Translations under genes and position numbers: made by a program
Part shown: positions 16,401-26,579 of the stretch, piece by piece
How the letters are laid out: each line of letters opens with the position of its first letter
Position numbering within the stretch: the stretch's first letter is position 1
Notes under the pieces: model-generated
Told to the model about the DNA's origin: nothing
Database searches by the model: none
Seen by the model: only the letters and a program-made list of their open reading frames with translations
Source: Minisyncoccota bacterium
GTDB taxonomy: Bacteria > Patescibacteriota > Minisyncoccia > Phycocordibacterales > SBAW01
Assembly (NCBI GenBank): GCA_035997465.1
Contig: DASYIO010000122.1
Span: 1-39,923, forward strand
DNA length: 39,923 nucleotides
Reading direction: 5' to 3'

Positions 16401-16770
16401 GTTACGCGAGCGCGCCAATATAAAAGTACGACAGCCGCTATCTACATTTAGAGCTAAGGCTGTACCTGCAGACACAGGACTGCGTCAGATATTGGCCGAC
16501 GAGCTTAACGTCAAGGAAATTGTGCAAGACGAGTCGCTCGAGGCTCCTGTGCTGGCTATTGAGCTTACTGCGGAGTTAAAAGAAGAGGGCCTGGTGCGCG
16601 ACCTGGTGCGCCGCATACAAGAGTGGCGCAAAGAGCAGGGCCTGACTGTTACCGACCGCCCAACATACGAGCTTAAGGTTATCGGCGAGGAAAAACAGGC
16701 CGCACAAAATAATAAAGAAAAAATAATGACGGCAACAAACCTTAGCAAGCTGACGATTACCGATGCATAA
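13474..16770 (+). CDS. ileS: Isoleucine--tRNA ligase (type 2) carrying an inserted histidine-phosphatase (PGAM-like) domain
   Basis: FIFYDGPPFATGLPHSGS, GWDTHGLPIE, WTTTPWTLPGN (editing domain), DWTISRNRFWASPLPIW, and GSKMSKSKGNY (KMSKS). Codons 487-656 (14932..15441) are an extra domain with RHGE...SPFVRTHETA...LHE...VSHG. Confidence 0.9.
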   Translation: MDDPKQGGEVNAPKVKSETVLREEEILAFWKQDKTFEKSLTKSAPKGEFIFYDGPPFATGLPHSGSLLSSVIKDVVPRYKTMRGYRVPRVWGWDTHGLPIENMVEKALGLKTKKEILDIGIGAFNEKARSMVLQYVDDWEKYIDRVGRWVDFKNSYKTMDNSYIESVWWALKRLDQKKLLYEGRKVLMYCPHCETPLAKAEIAADNTYKDITEEAVTVRFKVKDPHKHKLPDNTYLLAWTTTPWTLPGNVGLAVGPDMRYAVVQEGSVHYIEQEDGGDIKGSDLVGIEYEPLFDVPALHSARSYKVWAAGFVVAGEGTGIVHTAVMYGEDDFALGMREKLPMVQMLEPNGHYNNVAPEFVRGKYIKQAEKPIKEYLETHHLLHGRAMHTHSYPHCWRCGTALIYNAVASWFLNIQKVKAKMLSENEKVSWFPEHLKHGRFRNIVENAPDWTISRNRFWASPLPIWKEKGGNKLMVVGSVDELLAKTKRSGNRYFVMRHGEAKSNVNGVFDLNGDPNNHLTDKGKHQVIHTAADLRKEKIDMVIASPFVRTHETAKIVIKELGLSDSALMTDERLHEYNEQSLLEVRRRVGELLFEIERRYTGKNVLLVSHGNPLWNLIHVAKRIPSENFADKEMPKLAEVRELPFVLFPHTKDYELDLHRPYIDDVVLIDGKGGKYERIPEVLDCWVESGAMPFAQANYPRDKSRVNPGRFFGLFPKGYPGDFIAEYIAQTRTWFYYMHAMGVLLFGRQAFKSVVSTGTILAADGSKMSKSKGNYTDPWELMEKWGADPFRFYLMSSVVMQGEDLNFKDDDVRESHNRVVGTLWNSFKFFELYKDKLGGTVHANSPHPLDRWVMSLLNKTTIEVTAAFEAYDMPRVARALRAFIEDYSLWYVRRSRERARAESTDQQATLATQWHVLATVAKLIAPIMPFLAESIYKGLGEQASVHLSAWPGAGSVDEHLLADMQTVRELASKGLELRERANIKVRQPLSTFRAKAVPADTGLRQILADELNVKEIVQDESLEAPVLAIELTAELKEEGLVRDLVRRIQEWRKEQGLTVTDRPTYELKVIGEEKQAAQNNKEKIMTATNLSKLTITDA

Positions 16771-17341
16771 GATATTCGTAACCGAGGGCGTGGTGTTGGG
16801 CAAGCGCACAGCAGGCGAGGCCAACACGCTTGTGTCGATATTGACCCGCGAGCTGGGGCTTGTGCGCGCGTCGGCGCGCTCGGCGCGCGTCGAGCAGTCT
16901 AAGCTGCGCTACGGGCTCGAGACGCTCACACTCGGGCGCTTTAGTATGGTGCGCGGCAAGCACGACTGGAAGTTAACCGGCGTGGAAAATGTCTCGCACG
17001 CGTTTGTGCAGGGTGGCAAAGACAGCCGGCAGCGCTGCGGCAAAATAGCCAAGCTCCTGCTGCGCCTTATCCATGGCGAGGAGCGCGTGCCTGCGCTGTA
17101 TGCAACGGTTGCCGAAGGTCTTGCGGCAATCGCCCGCACGTCAACAACCGTTGATGCCGAGGCCATAGAGACAGTGTTGGTGTTGCGCGTCTTGGCGCAC
17201 CTGGGATATTTGCCGCACACGCAGGCCCTGGCGCAATTTATAGAGGGCGAGTACTCGGTCGAGCTGTCTGCCGAGGCGCTCAAGTCGCGCTCGCTGTTGG
17301 TACGCGCGATAAACGAGTCTTTGATCGCCACTGGCCTTTAG
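16763..17341 (+). CDS. recO: DNA repair protein RecO (short form)
   Basis: N-terminal OB-fold pattern (TEGVVLGKRTAGEANTLVSILTRELGLVRASARSAR...KLRYGLETLT) and a helical C-terminus. Overlaps ileS by 8 nt. Confidence 0.75.
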   Translation: MHKIFVTEGVVLGKRTAGEANTLVSILTRELGLVRASARSARVEQSKLRYGLETLTLGRFSMVRGKHDWKLTGVENVSHAFVQGGKDSRQRCGKIAKLLLRLIHGEERVPALYATVAEGLAAIARTSTTVDAEAIETVLVLRVLAHLGYLPHTQALAQFIEGEYSVELSAEALKSRSLLVRAINESLIATGL

Positions 17342-17358
17342 CGCGATATAATACACAG

Positions 17359-19290
17359 GTGGCACGAGACAATGACGGCGTAGAGCATCTTAAGGACAAG
17401 CTCTACTCGCGCAAGCGCCAGGGCCCTATGCAAGACGTGCGCTCGCCGCTCTCCGAGAGCGACGCGCATGTACCTGTGGCCTGGGCCGACATGGAGCCGC
17501 CCGCGCCGCCTCAGAGCCCCATGCGCACGCAAACGTTTGAGGGTGGCATGGACACCAACACGCAAAAAAGGGGCTTGTCTTTTTCTACCAAATTCCTTTT
17601 GGGCTCTATAGCATTTTTTGTCCTGGCGGCCGGCGCTGCAGCGTACTACTTTTTGGGCGGCGGCAATTTTGTATCGCCCAACAATATCGACCTGCAGATA
17701 ATCGCGCCCTCGCTTGTGGACGGCGGCTCGCAAGTCGAGCTCCAAGTTATTGCGACCAACCGCAACTCGGCGGCACTTAACCTGGCCGACCTGGTGCTGA
17801 CATACCCACAAGGTACTCGTGACCCCAAAGACCCAAGCAAAACATTGACCACCGAGCGGCAGTCCATTGGCACTATTGCATCGGGGCAAAATATTAAACG
17901 CACAGCCTCTGCTATTTTTTACGGACAAGAAGGCTCGACCCAACAAGTGCATGTGTCGCTCGAGTACTCTATCGAGGGCTCTAACGCGGTCTTTGTACGC
18001 GACGGCGATGTGACCTTTACGCTTGGGTCCTCTCCGGTGTCGGTGTCAGTCGCAGCGCCAACCAACACCACAGCCGGACAACCTTTCTCGCTCGATGTAA
18101 CGGTGCAAAGTAACTCGCAAGAAAAGGTCCAAAACGTGGCTCTTGAGGCGCAGTATCCGTTTGGGTTTGCCGTGCGCAGCACCTCGCCGCAGGCCGACTC
18201 GGGCGCAACGCTGTGGCACTTGGGCGACTTTGCGCCGGGCGCTTCAAAGATCGTGCACATTGTAGGCACTATCGACGGTCAGGATGGCGACGAGCGCGTG
18301 TTTAGATTTTTGGCGGGCTCGGAGGCCGACCCGACTGCTGCGCATATTAAAGTGCCGTTCCTCAACGTGCCTGCAAGCATTACGGTCAGCCGGCCGTTTA
18401 TATCGGGCCAGCTTGTTGTGGCTGGTAAAACAGGGGACACCGTTGCGGTAAGCCCGGGGCAAACCATACAGGGCTCTATTAACTGGCAAAACAATCTGAC
18501 AGATCCTGTCTCTAATATCGAAATAAGCCTTAAGCTGTCGGGCCCGGTGCTCGACACAAGCTCAATCGAGAGCGCCAACGGTTTTTATCAATCGTCCAAC
18601 AACACTATTACGTGGACCAGCGCCGAGGATCCGACCCTGGCCCAGGTAGCACCCGGCGCAACAGGCAACCTAAGCTTTAGTTTTGCCACACTGCCTCCGG
18701 GCACGGGCGGGACGGTATATACCAACCCCAAAGTAAACCTGACACTTAATGTCAAAGGCACACGCGGCAGCGACCAGGCAGACGAGTCGGTGTCTGCTGT
18801 CGACACAACCGACGTAATATTAGGATCGCTGCTGTCTTTGGATGCGCAATCGAGCTACAACCAGGGGCCGTTTACAAACTCCGGCCCGACGCCTCCACAC
18901 GCCGAGACCGCGACCAGCTACACGGTTACGTGGAGTGTTAAAAACTCGTCTAACGCGATAGCCAACGCCAACGTGTCGGCTGTGCTGCCAAGCTATGTCA
19001 CATACAAAACAGGGCAGACCGGCCTTGTCTACGACTCGGCAAGCCGCACCGTGCGATGGGATGTGGGCGACTTAAAGGCCGGCACGGGCTACACCAGCGC
19101 GGCTCAAACGGGATCTTTCCAAGTAACACTCAACCCATCGGCAAGCCAGGTAGGGCAGAGTCCGGCGCTGACCGGCTCGGCGGTGCTTGTAGGTACCGAC
19201 CGCTTTGCCCAAATCCAGCTCCAGGCCACAGCCCAAGGCCCCACAACGGCAACATCAGACGGCAAACAAGGCACCGTGCAGGCTAAGTAG
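17359..19290 (+). CDS. Membrane-anchored extracytoplasmic protein with repeated beta-sandwich (CARDB/DUF11-like) modules; function unknown
   Basis: Cytoplasmic N-tail, one TM (FLLGSIAFFVLAAGAAAYYFL), then about 550 aa rich in T/S/V/N/G with recurring ...G.S....V.V.N.G...NV.L... strands. The start is the GTG at 17359 (TATAAT at 17347-17352) or the ATG at 17428. Confidence 0.55.
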   Translation: MARDNDGVEHLKDKLYSRKRQGPMQDVRSPLSESDAHVPVAWADMEPPAPPQSPMRTQTFEGGMDTNTQKRGLSFSTKFLLGSIAFFVLAAGAAAYYFLGGGNFVSPNNIDLQIIAPSLVDGGSQVELQVIATNRNSAALNLADLVLTYPQGTRDPKDPSKTLTTERQSIGTIASGQNIKRTASAIFYGQEGSTQQVHVSLEYSIEGSNAVFVRDGDVTFTLGSSPVSVSVAAPTNTTAGQPFSLDVTVQSNSQEKVQNVALEAQYPFGFAVRSTSPQADSGATLWHLGDFAPGASKIVHIVGTIDGQDGDERVFRFLAGSEADPTAAHIKVPFLNVPASITVSRPFISGQLVVAGKTGDTVAVSPGQTIQGSINWQNNLTDPVSNIEISLKLSGPVLDTSSIESANGFYQSSNNTITWTSAEDPTLAQVAPGATGNLSFSFATLPPGTGGTVYTNPKVNLTLNVKGTRGSDQADESVSAVDTTDVILGSLLSLDAQSSYNQGPFTNSGPTPPHAETATSYTVTWSVKNSSNAIANANVSAVLPSYVTYKTGQTGLVYDSASRTVRWDVGDLKAGTGYTSAAQTGSFQVTLNPSASQVGQSPALTGSAVLVGTDRFAQIQLQATAQGPTTATSDGKQGTVQAK

Positions 19291-19323
19291 TTTTGGGCCT
19301 TTAAATAAGGTATATTTGGCGAT

Positions 19324-20721
19324 ATGGCCGCTCAAGATGTAATGGAAAAGATAGTGTCGCTCGCCAAGCGGCGCGGGTTTGTTTACCAAGGCTCGGAAAT
19401 TTATGGCGGACTTGCAGGTGTATACGACTTTGGGCCGCGCGGCGTTGAGCTGTTGAATAATATTAAGAAGTCGTGGTGGAAGGCCAACGTCTACGATAAG
19501 GAAAATTACTATGGCCTTGATGCGGGTATGTTTAAACACCCCAAAGTTTGGGAGGCTTCCGGCCATGTGGGCGGCTTTGCCGACCCGTTGGCCGAATGCC
19601 GCAACTGCCATCATCGCATCCGAGTAGATAAAGAACTCGCCGCTGTGGGTGTTGTAGCCGACGAAAAGATGTCCGAGGCACAAATAAATGAGCTTTTTGA
19701 CCAAAGCCGCGACAAAATAAAATGTCCTAACTGTGGCAAAAAAGACTTTACTCTCGCAAAAGCATTTAATCTTCTTGTTAAGAGCAACTTAGGCGACTTT
19801 ACATCCGAAGGCGCCGAGCCGGTGTATCTGCCGGGTGAGGCGTGCCAGGGCATCTACTTGGACTACAAAAATATTGTAGATACCATGCAACCCAAGATCC
19901 CGTTTGGCGTCGCGCAAATTGGCAAAGCGTTCCGCAACGAAATATCGCCGCGCAACTTTTTGTTTCGTACACGCGAGTTCGAACAGGCTGACACGCAGCT
20001 TTTTATCCGACCCAACGAAAACAAAGAGGCGTACGAAGCAATGAAACAGGACCGCTGGGATTGGTATCTCTCGCTTGGTATCAACGAAAAAAAGCTGCGT
20101 TTTAAACAGCATGACAACTTGGTCTTTTATGCCAAAGACGCATGGGACATCGAGTATGAATTTCCGTCCGGATTTGACGAGGTAGAGGGTATCCACGACC
20201 GGACTGACTACGACCTTTCTCAACATCAAAAATTTTCTGGTGCGGACTTGCGTTATACCGATCCGGAAACGGCAGAGAAATATATCCCTTGGATACTTGA
20301 GACTTCGATGGGCATGGGACGTGTGTTTTTGGCAGTCTTATGCGACTCGTACCATAAGGATGAGATGGGTGGAGAGACTCGTGTCGTGCTCAAGCTTGCG
20401 CCGCACCTGGCCCCTGTCAAAGCAGCTGTGTTTCCTCTGCTTAAAAATAAGCCTGAGCTTGTTGACAAAGCTCGCGAAATTTACACCCGCCTTAAAAAGG
20501 ATATCCCCCAGATCGTGTGGGACGACAACGGCAACATCGGCAAGCGCTATCGCCGCCAAGACGAGATAGGCACGCCCTATTGCATCACTATAGACTTTGA
20601 TACCCTGGGCGAAAACCCCGAGCACAAGGACACCGTAACCGTACGCGACCGCGACACGGGCAACCAAGAGCGCATGGCCACAACAGAGCTGGCGGCGTTT
20701 TTAAAGTCCAAAATAGGCTAA
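19324..20721 (+). CDS. glyQS: Glycine--tRNA ligase (dimeric GlyQS type)
   Basis: KRRGFVYQGSEIYGGLAGVYDFGPRGVELLNNIK, FRNEISPRNFLFRTREFEQ (class II motif 2), and the anticodon-binding C-terminus RRQDEIGTPYCITID. Confidence 0.95.
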   Translation: MAAQDVMEKIVSLAKRRGFVYQGSEIYGGLAGVYDFGPRGVELLNNIKKSWWKANVYDKENYYGLDAGMFKHPKVWEASGHVGGFADPLAECRNCHHRIRVDKELAAVGVVADEKMSEAQINELFDQSRDKIKCPNCGKKDFTLAKAFNLLVKSNLGDFTSEGAEPVYLPGEACQGIYLDYKNIVDTMQPKIPFGVAQIGKAFRNEISPRNFLFRTREFEQADTQLFIRPNENKEAYEAMKQDRWDWYLSLGINEKKLRFKQHDNLVFYAKDAWDIEYEFPSGFDEVEGIHDRTDYDLSQHQKFSGADLRYTDPETAEKYIPWILETSMGMGRVFLAVLCDSYHKDEMGGETRVVLKLAPHLAPVKAAVFPLLKNKPELVDKAREIYTRLKKDIPQIVWDDNGNIGKRYRRQDEIGTPYCITIDFDTLGENPEHKDTVTVRDRDTGNQERMATTELAAFLKSKIG

Positions 20722-20753
20722 CTCCAAAACCACGCCTGTGCTACAGTAGGGCC

Positions 20754-21824
20754 ATGGACAGGCTCAAGGACGTCAATGTCCATATAACCGCCGGGAGCAT
20801 CGTCACCGTCTTTTTGTTTGGTATTTTGGCGGCCCTGCTGTGGTTTTTGCGCGACATCGTACTTATTGTGCTTACGGCTATTGTCATCGCCTCGGCCATC
20901 GAGCCGGGCGTGCACTTTTTTCGCCGCTACGGTATTAACCGGGTCTTTGGCGTCATCATCATTTACGCCGTCGTTATATCGCTCTTCTTTAGCGTCATAT
21001 TTCTTTTTATCCCGCCGCTACTTAGCGATGCGGCCAACTTTTTAACCAGGCTCCCGGCGACACTCTCGTCACTTAACCTGGCCGACGCGACACACGGGCT
21101 TTTGCCCAACTTTGGGGCCGGCTCGGCGGTCGACCTGCTACAAAATCTCTCGCAGACAATTGCCCAGACAACCGGCGGGGTATTTACCACGTTGTCGGCC
21201 TTTTTTGGCGGCGTAACCTCGTTTGTGCTTATTGTGGTGTTTTCGTTTTACTTTTCGGTCCAAGAGACAGGTGTGGACGACTTTTTGCGTGTTGTAACAC
21301 CGAGCGCGCATCAGGCATACGTACTTAACTTGTGGAAGCGCTCGCAGACAAAAATAGGCAAGTGGATGCAGGGCCAGCTGATACTCGGCGTTATTGTGGG
21401 CGTGCTGCTCTACTTGGGCCTTACTATCTTGGGTATCCCAAACGCGCTTTTGTTGGCGGCGATGGCGGCACTGTTTGAGCTTATCCCGGTGTTTGGCCAA
21501 ATTTTGGCGGCGATACCGGCCGTGGCTATTGGCTTTGTCGATGGCGGCGTCACCGGCTCGCTTTTGGTTGCCGGGCTTTACCTGGTGGTCCAGCAATTTG
21601 AGGCGCACCTTATTTACCCCGTGGTCGTCAAAAAGGTCGTGGGCGTGCCGCCTCTTATGGTCATCCTTTCTTTAATTGTGGGCGCCAAGCTCGCCGGGTT
21701 TCTCGGTATCCTTTTGTCGGTGCCCATCGCGGGTGCAATACAGGAGTTTGTGGCCGATGTCGACCGCCGCAAAACGCAAGAGCTAAGCGCCGAGGGCTTT
21801 ACGCCCGAGGGCGATGTAAAGTAA
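20754..21824 (+). CDS. AI-2E family transporter (PerM/UPF0118)
   Basis: 8-TM pattern with the family's conserved C-terminal block (FELIPVFGQILAAIPAVAIG...QQFEAHLIYPVVVKKVVGVPPLMVILSLIVG). Confidence 0.85.
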   Translation: MDRLKDVNVHITAGSIVTVFLFGILAALLWFLRDIVLIVLTAIVIASAIEPGVHFFRRYGINRVFGVIIIYAVVISLFFSVIFLFIPPLLSDAANFLTRLPATLSSLNLADATHGLLPNFGAGSAVDLLQNLSQTIAQTTGGVFTTLSAFFGGVTSFVLIVVFSFYFSVQETGVDDFLRVVTPSAHQAYVLNLWKRSQTKIGKWMQGQLILGVIVGVLLYLGLTILGIPNALLLAAMAALFELIPVFGQILAAIPAVAIGFVDGGVTGSLLVAGLYLVVQQFEAHLIYPVVVKKVVGVPPLMVILSLIVGAKLAGFLGILLSVPIAGAIQEFVADVDRRKTQELSAEGFTPEGDVK

Positions 21825-21833
21825 TCTACCCGC

Positions 21834-23264
21834 ATGGATGAGAAGAAGTTTTATATAACGACGCCAATTTTTTACCCCAATGCCAACCTGCACTTGGGGC
21901 ATGCGTATGTTACGACACTAAGCGATGTGCTGGCCCGCTACCATCGTCTGATGGGGGATAAAACATACTTTTTAACCGGCTCGGACGAAAACGCGCAGAC
22001 AGTGGTACAGGGTGCGCAAAAGGCTGGGGTGGATTTTAAGTCGTTTGTAGACGAGCGGATAGAAAAGAACTTTAAGCCGCTTTTTGCCGACCTTAATATC
22101 TCTAACGACCAGTTTATCCGCACATCCGACCAAAAAGCCCATTGGCCGGGGGCTGTTGCATTATGGAAAAAGCTCGTCGATGCGGGCGACATCTACAAAA
22201 AAGAGTATGAGGGCCTATATTGCATAGGGCATGAGGCCTTTATTACTGAAAAAGAGTTGGTAGACGGCAAATGTCCCGATCATGGCACGGTGCCCGAGCG
22301 CACAAAAGAAGAAAATTACTTTTTTAGTCTTTCTAAGTACACGGGCGTTATTAAGCAAAAAATCGAGTCAGACGAGCTCTTAATAGTGCCCCCAAGTCGC
22401 CGCAACGAGATACTCTCACTGCTAGAGCAGGGTCTGCAAGACGTGAGCTTTTCGCGCCCGGCAGCCAAGGTCCCTGTGGGCATACCGGTGCCGGGCGACG
22501 AGTCGCAGGTGATGTACGTGTGGTGCGACGCACTGGCTAACTACATTACGGCCTTGGGCTATGGCCGGGAAGACGACTCTTTGTTTAAAGAGTTTTGGCC
22601 GGGCATACATGTTATTGGCAAAGATATATTGCGCTTCCATGCGGCTATATGGCCCGGCATGCTTTTGTCGGCCGGGTTGCCACTGCCTAAGGCTATCTTG
22701 GTGCACGGGATGATAATCTCGGGCGGCAAAAAAATGTCCAAGACACGCGGCAACGTTATAGACCCGCAAGAGCTCTTAAAAGAGTACGGCACCGATGCCG
22801 TGCGCTACTTTCTCTCAAGGCACGTCTCGCCGCTCGACGACAGCGAAATGACACTCGAGTTGCTTAAAGACGCCTACAATGCCGATCTGGCAAACGGACT
22901 GGGCAATCTTTCGGCGCGTATTATGCAGTTGGCCGAAACTCACTTGGCACAAGGGACACGGCCAGACGTTGCGGGCTTCCCCAAAGAATATACAGATGCA
23001 ATGGAAAGCTTTGAGATAAATAAGGCCGCCGAGTTTGTGTGGTCGCGTATACAGGCGCTCGATCAAAAGATTACCGAGACAGCGCCGTTTAAGCTTGTTA
23101 AGACAGACCCGGAGGCCGGTAAAAAAATAATCTTTGACCTAACCCAAGGGCTGTACCTTATCGGCCGGATGCTCAACCCGTTTATGCCTGACACGAGCAA
23201 AATAATTAAAGACGCGGTTGTAGAAAACAACAAGCCCCAAAACCTCTTCGCCCGCAAAGACTGA
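21834..23264 (+). CDS. metG: Methionine--tRNA ligase (short form, no C-terminal tRNA-binding domain)
   Basis: FYITTPIFYPNANLHLGHAY (HLGH), WCDALANYITALGY, and GGKKMSKTRGNVI (KMSKS). Confidence 0.95.
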   Translation: MDEKKFYITTPIFYPNANLHLGHAYVTTLSDVLARYHRLMGDKTYFLTGSDENAQTVVQGAQKAGVDFKSFVDERIEKNFKPLFADLNISNDQFIRTSDQKAHWPGAVALWKKLVDAGDIYKKEYEGLYCIGHEAFITEKELVDGKCPDHGTVPERTKEENYFFSLSKYTGVIKQKIESDELLIVPPSRRNEILSLLEQGLQDVSFSRPAAKVPVGIPVPGDESQVMYVWCDALANYITALGYGREDDSLFKEFWPGIHVIGKDILRFHAAIWPGMLLSAGLPLPKAILVHGMIISGGKKMSKTRGNVIDPQELLKEYGTDAVRYFLSRHVSPLDDSEMTLELLKDAYNADLANGLGNLSARIMQLAETHLAQGTRPDVAGFPKEYTDAMESFEINKAAEFVWSRIQALDQKITETAPFKLVKTDPEAGKKIIFDLTQGLYLIGRMLNPFMPDTSKIIKDAVVENNKPQNLFARKD

Positions 23265-24055
23265 TGGACTTCAAACTCTTCGATTCGCATTGCCACTTGT
23301 ATATGGAGGAGTTTAGTGGAGATCGCGATGCGGTCTTAGCGCGTATGCAAGAGCAGAAGATCGGCGCTGTGCTAATAGGGGCTGACCTTAAGACGAGCAA
23401 ACAGGCGCTTGAGTTAGCACAACAGCACGATTTTTTATGGGCTGCTGTGGGGTTGCATCCAAACGATAATCCGTCAGAGGTGTTTGACGCGGCTGTATAT
23501 GAGCAATTGGCACGCGACCCAAAGGTTGTTGCAGTAGGGGAGTGTGGGCTCGAATACCGCAGCTCCGCCGATGAGGAGCGGAATAACCAGATACTCAGAT
23601 TTGAAATGCAAATTGCCTTGGCACAAAAGGTGAGAAAGCCGCTGGTAGTGCATTGCCGTGATCCCCGCAAAAAGGATCCTCTCACAAAAAGTGCGCACGA
23701 CGATATGCTCGCATTACTTGCCGAGTGCAAGCCAACGGTGCCAGTTGTCATCCACTTTTTTACCGGTACGGCTGAGTTGGCGCAAAAATACCTCGACCTA
23801 GGCTGTTACTTGTCCTTTCCGGGCCCTGTAACCTACACCGACATGTACGACGAGAGCATACAAATAACGCCGATGGATAGGATGCTTATCGAGACCGACG
23901 CTCCTTTTGCCGCCCCGGTGCCAAACCGCGGCCGACGCAACGAGCCCGCGTATGTAGCCGATGTTGCGCGTAAAATTGCTGTGCTAAAAGGGCTTGCCTT
24001 TGAGGATGTTGCGGCGCAGACCGCTAAAAACGCTTCATCTGTTTTTTCCTTATAA
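23264..24055 (+). CDS. TatD-family metal-dependent hydrolase/DNase
   Basis: [46 protein letters not shown]. The start overlaps the metG stop (TGATG). Confidence 0.9.
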   Translation: MDFKLFDSHCHLYMEEFSGDRDAVLARMQEQKIGAVLIGADLKTSKQALELAQQHDFLWAAVGLHPNDNPSEVFDAAVYEQLARDPKVVAVGECGLEYRSSADEERNNQILRFEMQIALAQKVRKPLVVHCRDPRKKDPLTKSAHDDMLALLAECKPTVPVVIHFFTGTAELAQKYLDLGCYLSFPGPVTYTDMYDESIQITPMDRMLIETDAPFAAPVPNRGRRNEPAYVADVARKIAVLKGLAFEDVAAQTAKNASSVFSL

Positions 24056-24074
24056 ATCTGCTAGACTGGCCCCT

Positions 24075-25523
24075 ATGCCGGAATTTTTAAAGAACCCCAA
24101 GGCCCTAGCCATGATGGGTGGTATGCTCGCCATGCTTTTGGCGGCGCTAGACCAAACTATTGTCGCAACCGCGATGCCCACCATTGTTAAAGAGCTGGGC
24201 GGGCTCGAGCATCTTTCGTGGGTCTTTACCGCCTACATGCTGGCCTCGACTGTCACCGTGCCTTTGTACGGCAAACTGTCGGATACCTACGGCCGCAAGC
24301 CGCTTTTTATCCTGGGTATTATCGTATTTCTTATAGGCTCGATGCTTAGCGGTGCTGCGACCTCGATGCTGCAATTGATACTCTTTCGCGGTATACAGGG
24401 TGTGGGCGGTGGCGCCATTATGGTCAACTCGTTTGCCCTGGTAGGCGACCTCTTTAGCCCGCGCGAGCGCGGCAAATGGCAGGGTCTGTTGGGAGCGATG
24501 TTTGGCTTGGCAAGCGTTGTGGGCCCGCTGTTGGGCGGGTACCTGACCGACGCGGTTAACTGGCGCTGGATATTTTATATCAACATCCCGCTGGGGCTTT
24601 TGGCCTTGGCGGTTATCTACTTTGTCTTGCCGACCATTGCCCGCAAGCACGAAAAGCCCCTGGACTATTTTGGTGGCCTTTTGATAGGCGCCTCACTCTT
24701 GCCGCTTTTGCTCGCATTGGTATGGGGCGGCTCGACGCACCCGTGGATATCGCCCCTTATTATTTGGCTCTTTGCGGCCTTTGCCATAATTTTGTACTAC
24801 TTTGTGCGCGAGGAGCGCTCGTTTGCCGAGGATCCGGTCTTGCCGATGTACTTCTTTAAAAACCGCGCGTTTGTCATATCGGTCAGCACCACCTTTTTGA
24901 CAGCGATAGGCATGTTTGGCTCCATCATTTACCTGCCTCTGTTTGCGCAAAACGTGCTCCACACAACCGCAACAGGTGCAGGGCTTGTGCTTACGCCGAT
25001 GATGCTGGGCTTGGTGGCGGCCTCGACCGCAACCGGGCAAATTGTGTCGCGCACCGGCAAGTACAAATGGCTGGCGGTGGGCGGCATTGCCGTGGCTACC
25101 GTGGGCATGTATCTGTTTTCGACCATGAGCGCTGATACGACCTACGCCGAGCTGGTGCGCAACATGATCGTTATGGGCATCGGGCTTGGAGTCACGTTCC
25201 CCATATTTAACATTGTGGTGCAGGCGTCGTTTATGCCGGCGGTGCTGGGTGTCGCCACAGCCTCGGTGCAGATGTTTCGTACCGTGGGTGCCACAGTCGG
25301 TACCGCGCTCTTGGGCGGGCTCTTAAACTACTTTATAGCTAGCCAGTATCCGGCGTTTGCCGACGCTTTGCCGCATGTATTTTTTATAGGATTTTTTGTG
25401 ATGCTGCTTGCCTTGGTGGTGACGCTCTTTTTGCCCCAAATACATTTGCGCCATCATCACGAGACTACCGAGGAAGTGGGGGAGAAGCTTGGCGAGGAGC
25501 TGGGCTTTAACCTGCCGCACTAG
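24075..25523 (+). CDS. MFS transporter, DHA2 (EmrB/QacA-like, 14-TM) family
   Basis: [26 protein letters not shown] (motif A), and about 14 hydrophobic segments. The ATG at 24075 is preferred because the listed start at 23994 overlaps tatD and adds a non-membrane basic leader. Confidence 0.85.
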   Translation: MPEFLKNPKALAMMGGMLAMLLAALDQTIVATAMPTIVKELGGLEHLSWVFTAYMLASTVTVPLYGKLSDTYGRKPLFILGIIVFLIGSMLSGAATSMLQLILFRGIQGVGGGAIMVNSFALVGDLFSPRERGKWQGLLGAMFGLASVVGPLLGGYLTDAVNWRWIFYINIPLGLLALAVIYFVLPTIARKHEKPLDYFGGLLIGASLLPLLLALVWGGSTHPWISPLIIWLFAAFAIILYYFVREERSFAEDPVLPMYFFKNRAFVISVSTTFLTAIGMFGSIIYLPLFAQNVLHTTATGAGLVLTPMMLGLVAASTATGQIVSRTGKYKWLAVGGIAVATVGMYLFSTMSADTTYAELVRNMIVMGIGLGVTFPIFNIVVQASFMPAVLGVATASVQMFRTVGATVGTALLGGLLNYFIASQYPAFADALPHVFFIGFFVMLLALVVTLFLPQIHLRHHHETTEEVGEKLGEELGFNLPH

Positions 25524-25562
25524 GGTTGCCAATCTGGCGCCGCTCTGCTAAGGTAGTGCGGT

Positions 25563-26099
25563 ATGGCAAAAAAGTCGCAGGCCGATGAGGCCTTTACCCA
25601 AGCGACCGATGCTCCTTCCGGGGCGGACGTCACAAGTGCCCCCATTATTTATGAGGTCGGTTTTCATCTTGTCCCAACTATCGCCGAAGACGGCGTCGGT
25701 GCCGCAGTCGAAAAAGTTCGCAAGGCAATAGGCGCCGATGCAGAGTTTATCAGCGAGGTCTATCCTACAAAAATGCAGCTGGCCTATGTTATCGAGCGCG
25801 CCGCACAGGGCAAGCGCGAAAAGTACGGCGAGTCGTGGTTTGGCTGGATAAAGTTTGCCCAGATACCAAGCAAGATCCCCGCACTCGAGGCCGAGCTTAA
25901 TGCCTCGCGCGAGGTGTTGCGCAGCCTTATCATAGAGACCGTCCGCGAGGATATCGCACCCCCTAAGGCGCGCGCCGTCTTTGTGTCCGACCGCCTCGAG
26001 GGCGAGACCATTAAGAAGCCTGCAGCACCACAAGAGAAGCCTGCCGAGGTGAGCGAGGTTGAGCTTGATAAGTCGATTGACGCTTTGACCCAGGAGTAG
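25563..26099 (+). CDS. rpsF: 30S ribosomal protein S6, with N- and C-terminal extensions
   Basis: IYEVGFHLVP...KMQLAYVIE core, and its position at the head of the conserved rpsF-ssb-rpsR cluster. Confidence 0.75.
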   Translation: MAKKSQADEAFTQATDAPSGADVTSAPIIYEVGFHLVPTIAEDGVGAAVEKVRKAIGADAEFISEVYPTKMQLAYVIERAAQGKREKYGESWFGWIKFAQIPSKIPALEAELNASREVLRSLIIETVREDIAPPKARAVFVSDRLEGETIKKPAAPQEKPAEVSEVELDKSIDALTQE

Positions 26100-26111
26100 G
26101 ACACTTAACCC

Positions 26112-26579
26112 ATGAACAAAGTCATCCTCTACGGCAACCTGACCCGCGACCCAGAGCTTAAATCTTTGCCCTCGGGCTTTAACGTCGCCTCGTTTGGCCT
26201 GGCTACAAACCGCCGGGTTAAAAAGGAAGAGAAGTGGGAGGAGGTACCCGAGTTCCACAACATTGTGGTGTTTGGCCGCCAGGCAGAGACATCGGCCCAG
26301 TATCTTAAAAAGGGCAGCTCGGTACTTATCGAGGGCCGGATACAAACCCGCAGCTGGGAAACTCCCGAAAAAGGCAAGCAGTACAAGACCGAGATAGTGG
26401 CCGAGTCGGTGACCTTTGGATCGCGTGGCGGCGGGGGAGGCGCAGCGGGTGGCAGCGCGGCGCCCTCGGGTGCTCGCAGCGGAGGCTACAGCGATGCCGA
26501 GGCTCCGCAGAAAGCTCCTAAGGACGACGCGATAGATTACCCGGTCGAGGACATCAACCCTGACGATATCCCATTTTGA
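26112..26579 (+). CDS. ssb: Single-stranded DNA-binding protein
   Basis: MNKVILYGNLTRDPELK...FHNIVVFGRQAE...YLKKGSSVLIEGRIQTRSWE, a Gly-rich linker, and a C-terminal DDIPF tip. Confidence 0.95.
   Translation: MNKVILYGNLTRDPELKSLPSGFNVASFGLATNRRVKKEEKWEEVPEFHNIVVFGRQAETSAQYLKKGSSVLIEGRIQTRSWETPEKGKQYKTEIVAESVTFGSRGGGGGAAGGSAAPSGARSGGYSDAEAPQKAPKDDAIDYPVEDINPDDIPF

Noticed and set aside
23994-24074. Upstream start for the MFS transporter
   Set aside because: It overlaps the tatD 3' end by 62 nt and adds a basic non-membrane leader. The ATG at 24075 gives a typical MFS N-terminus.
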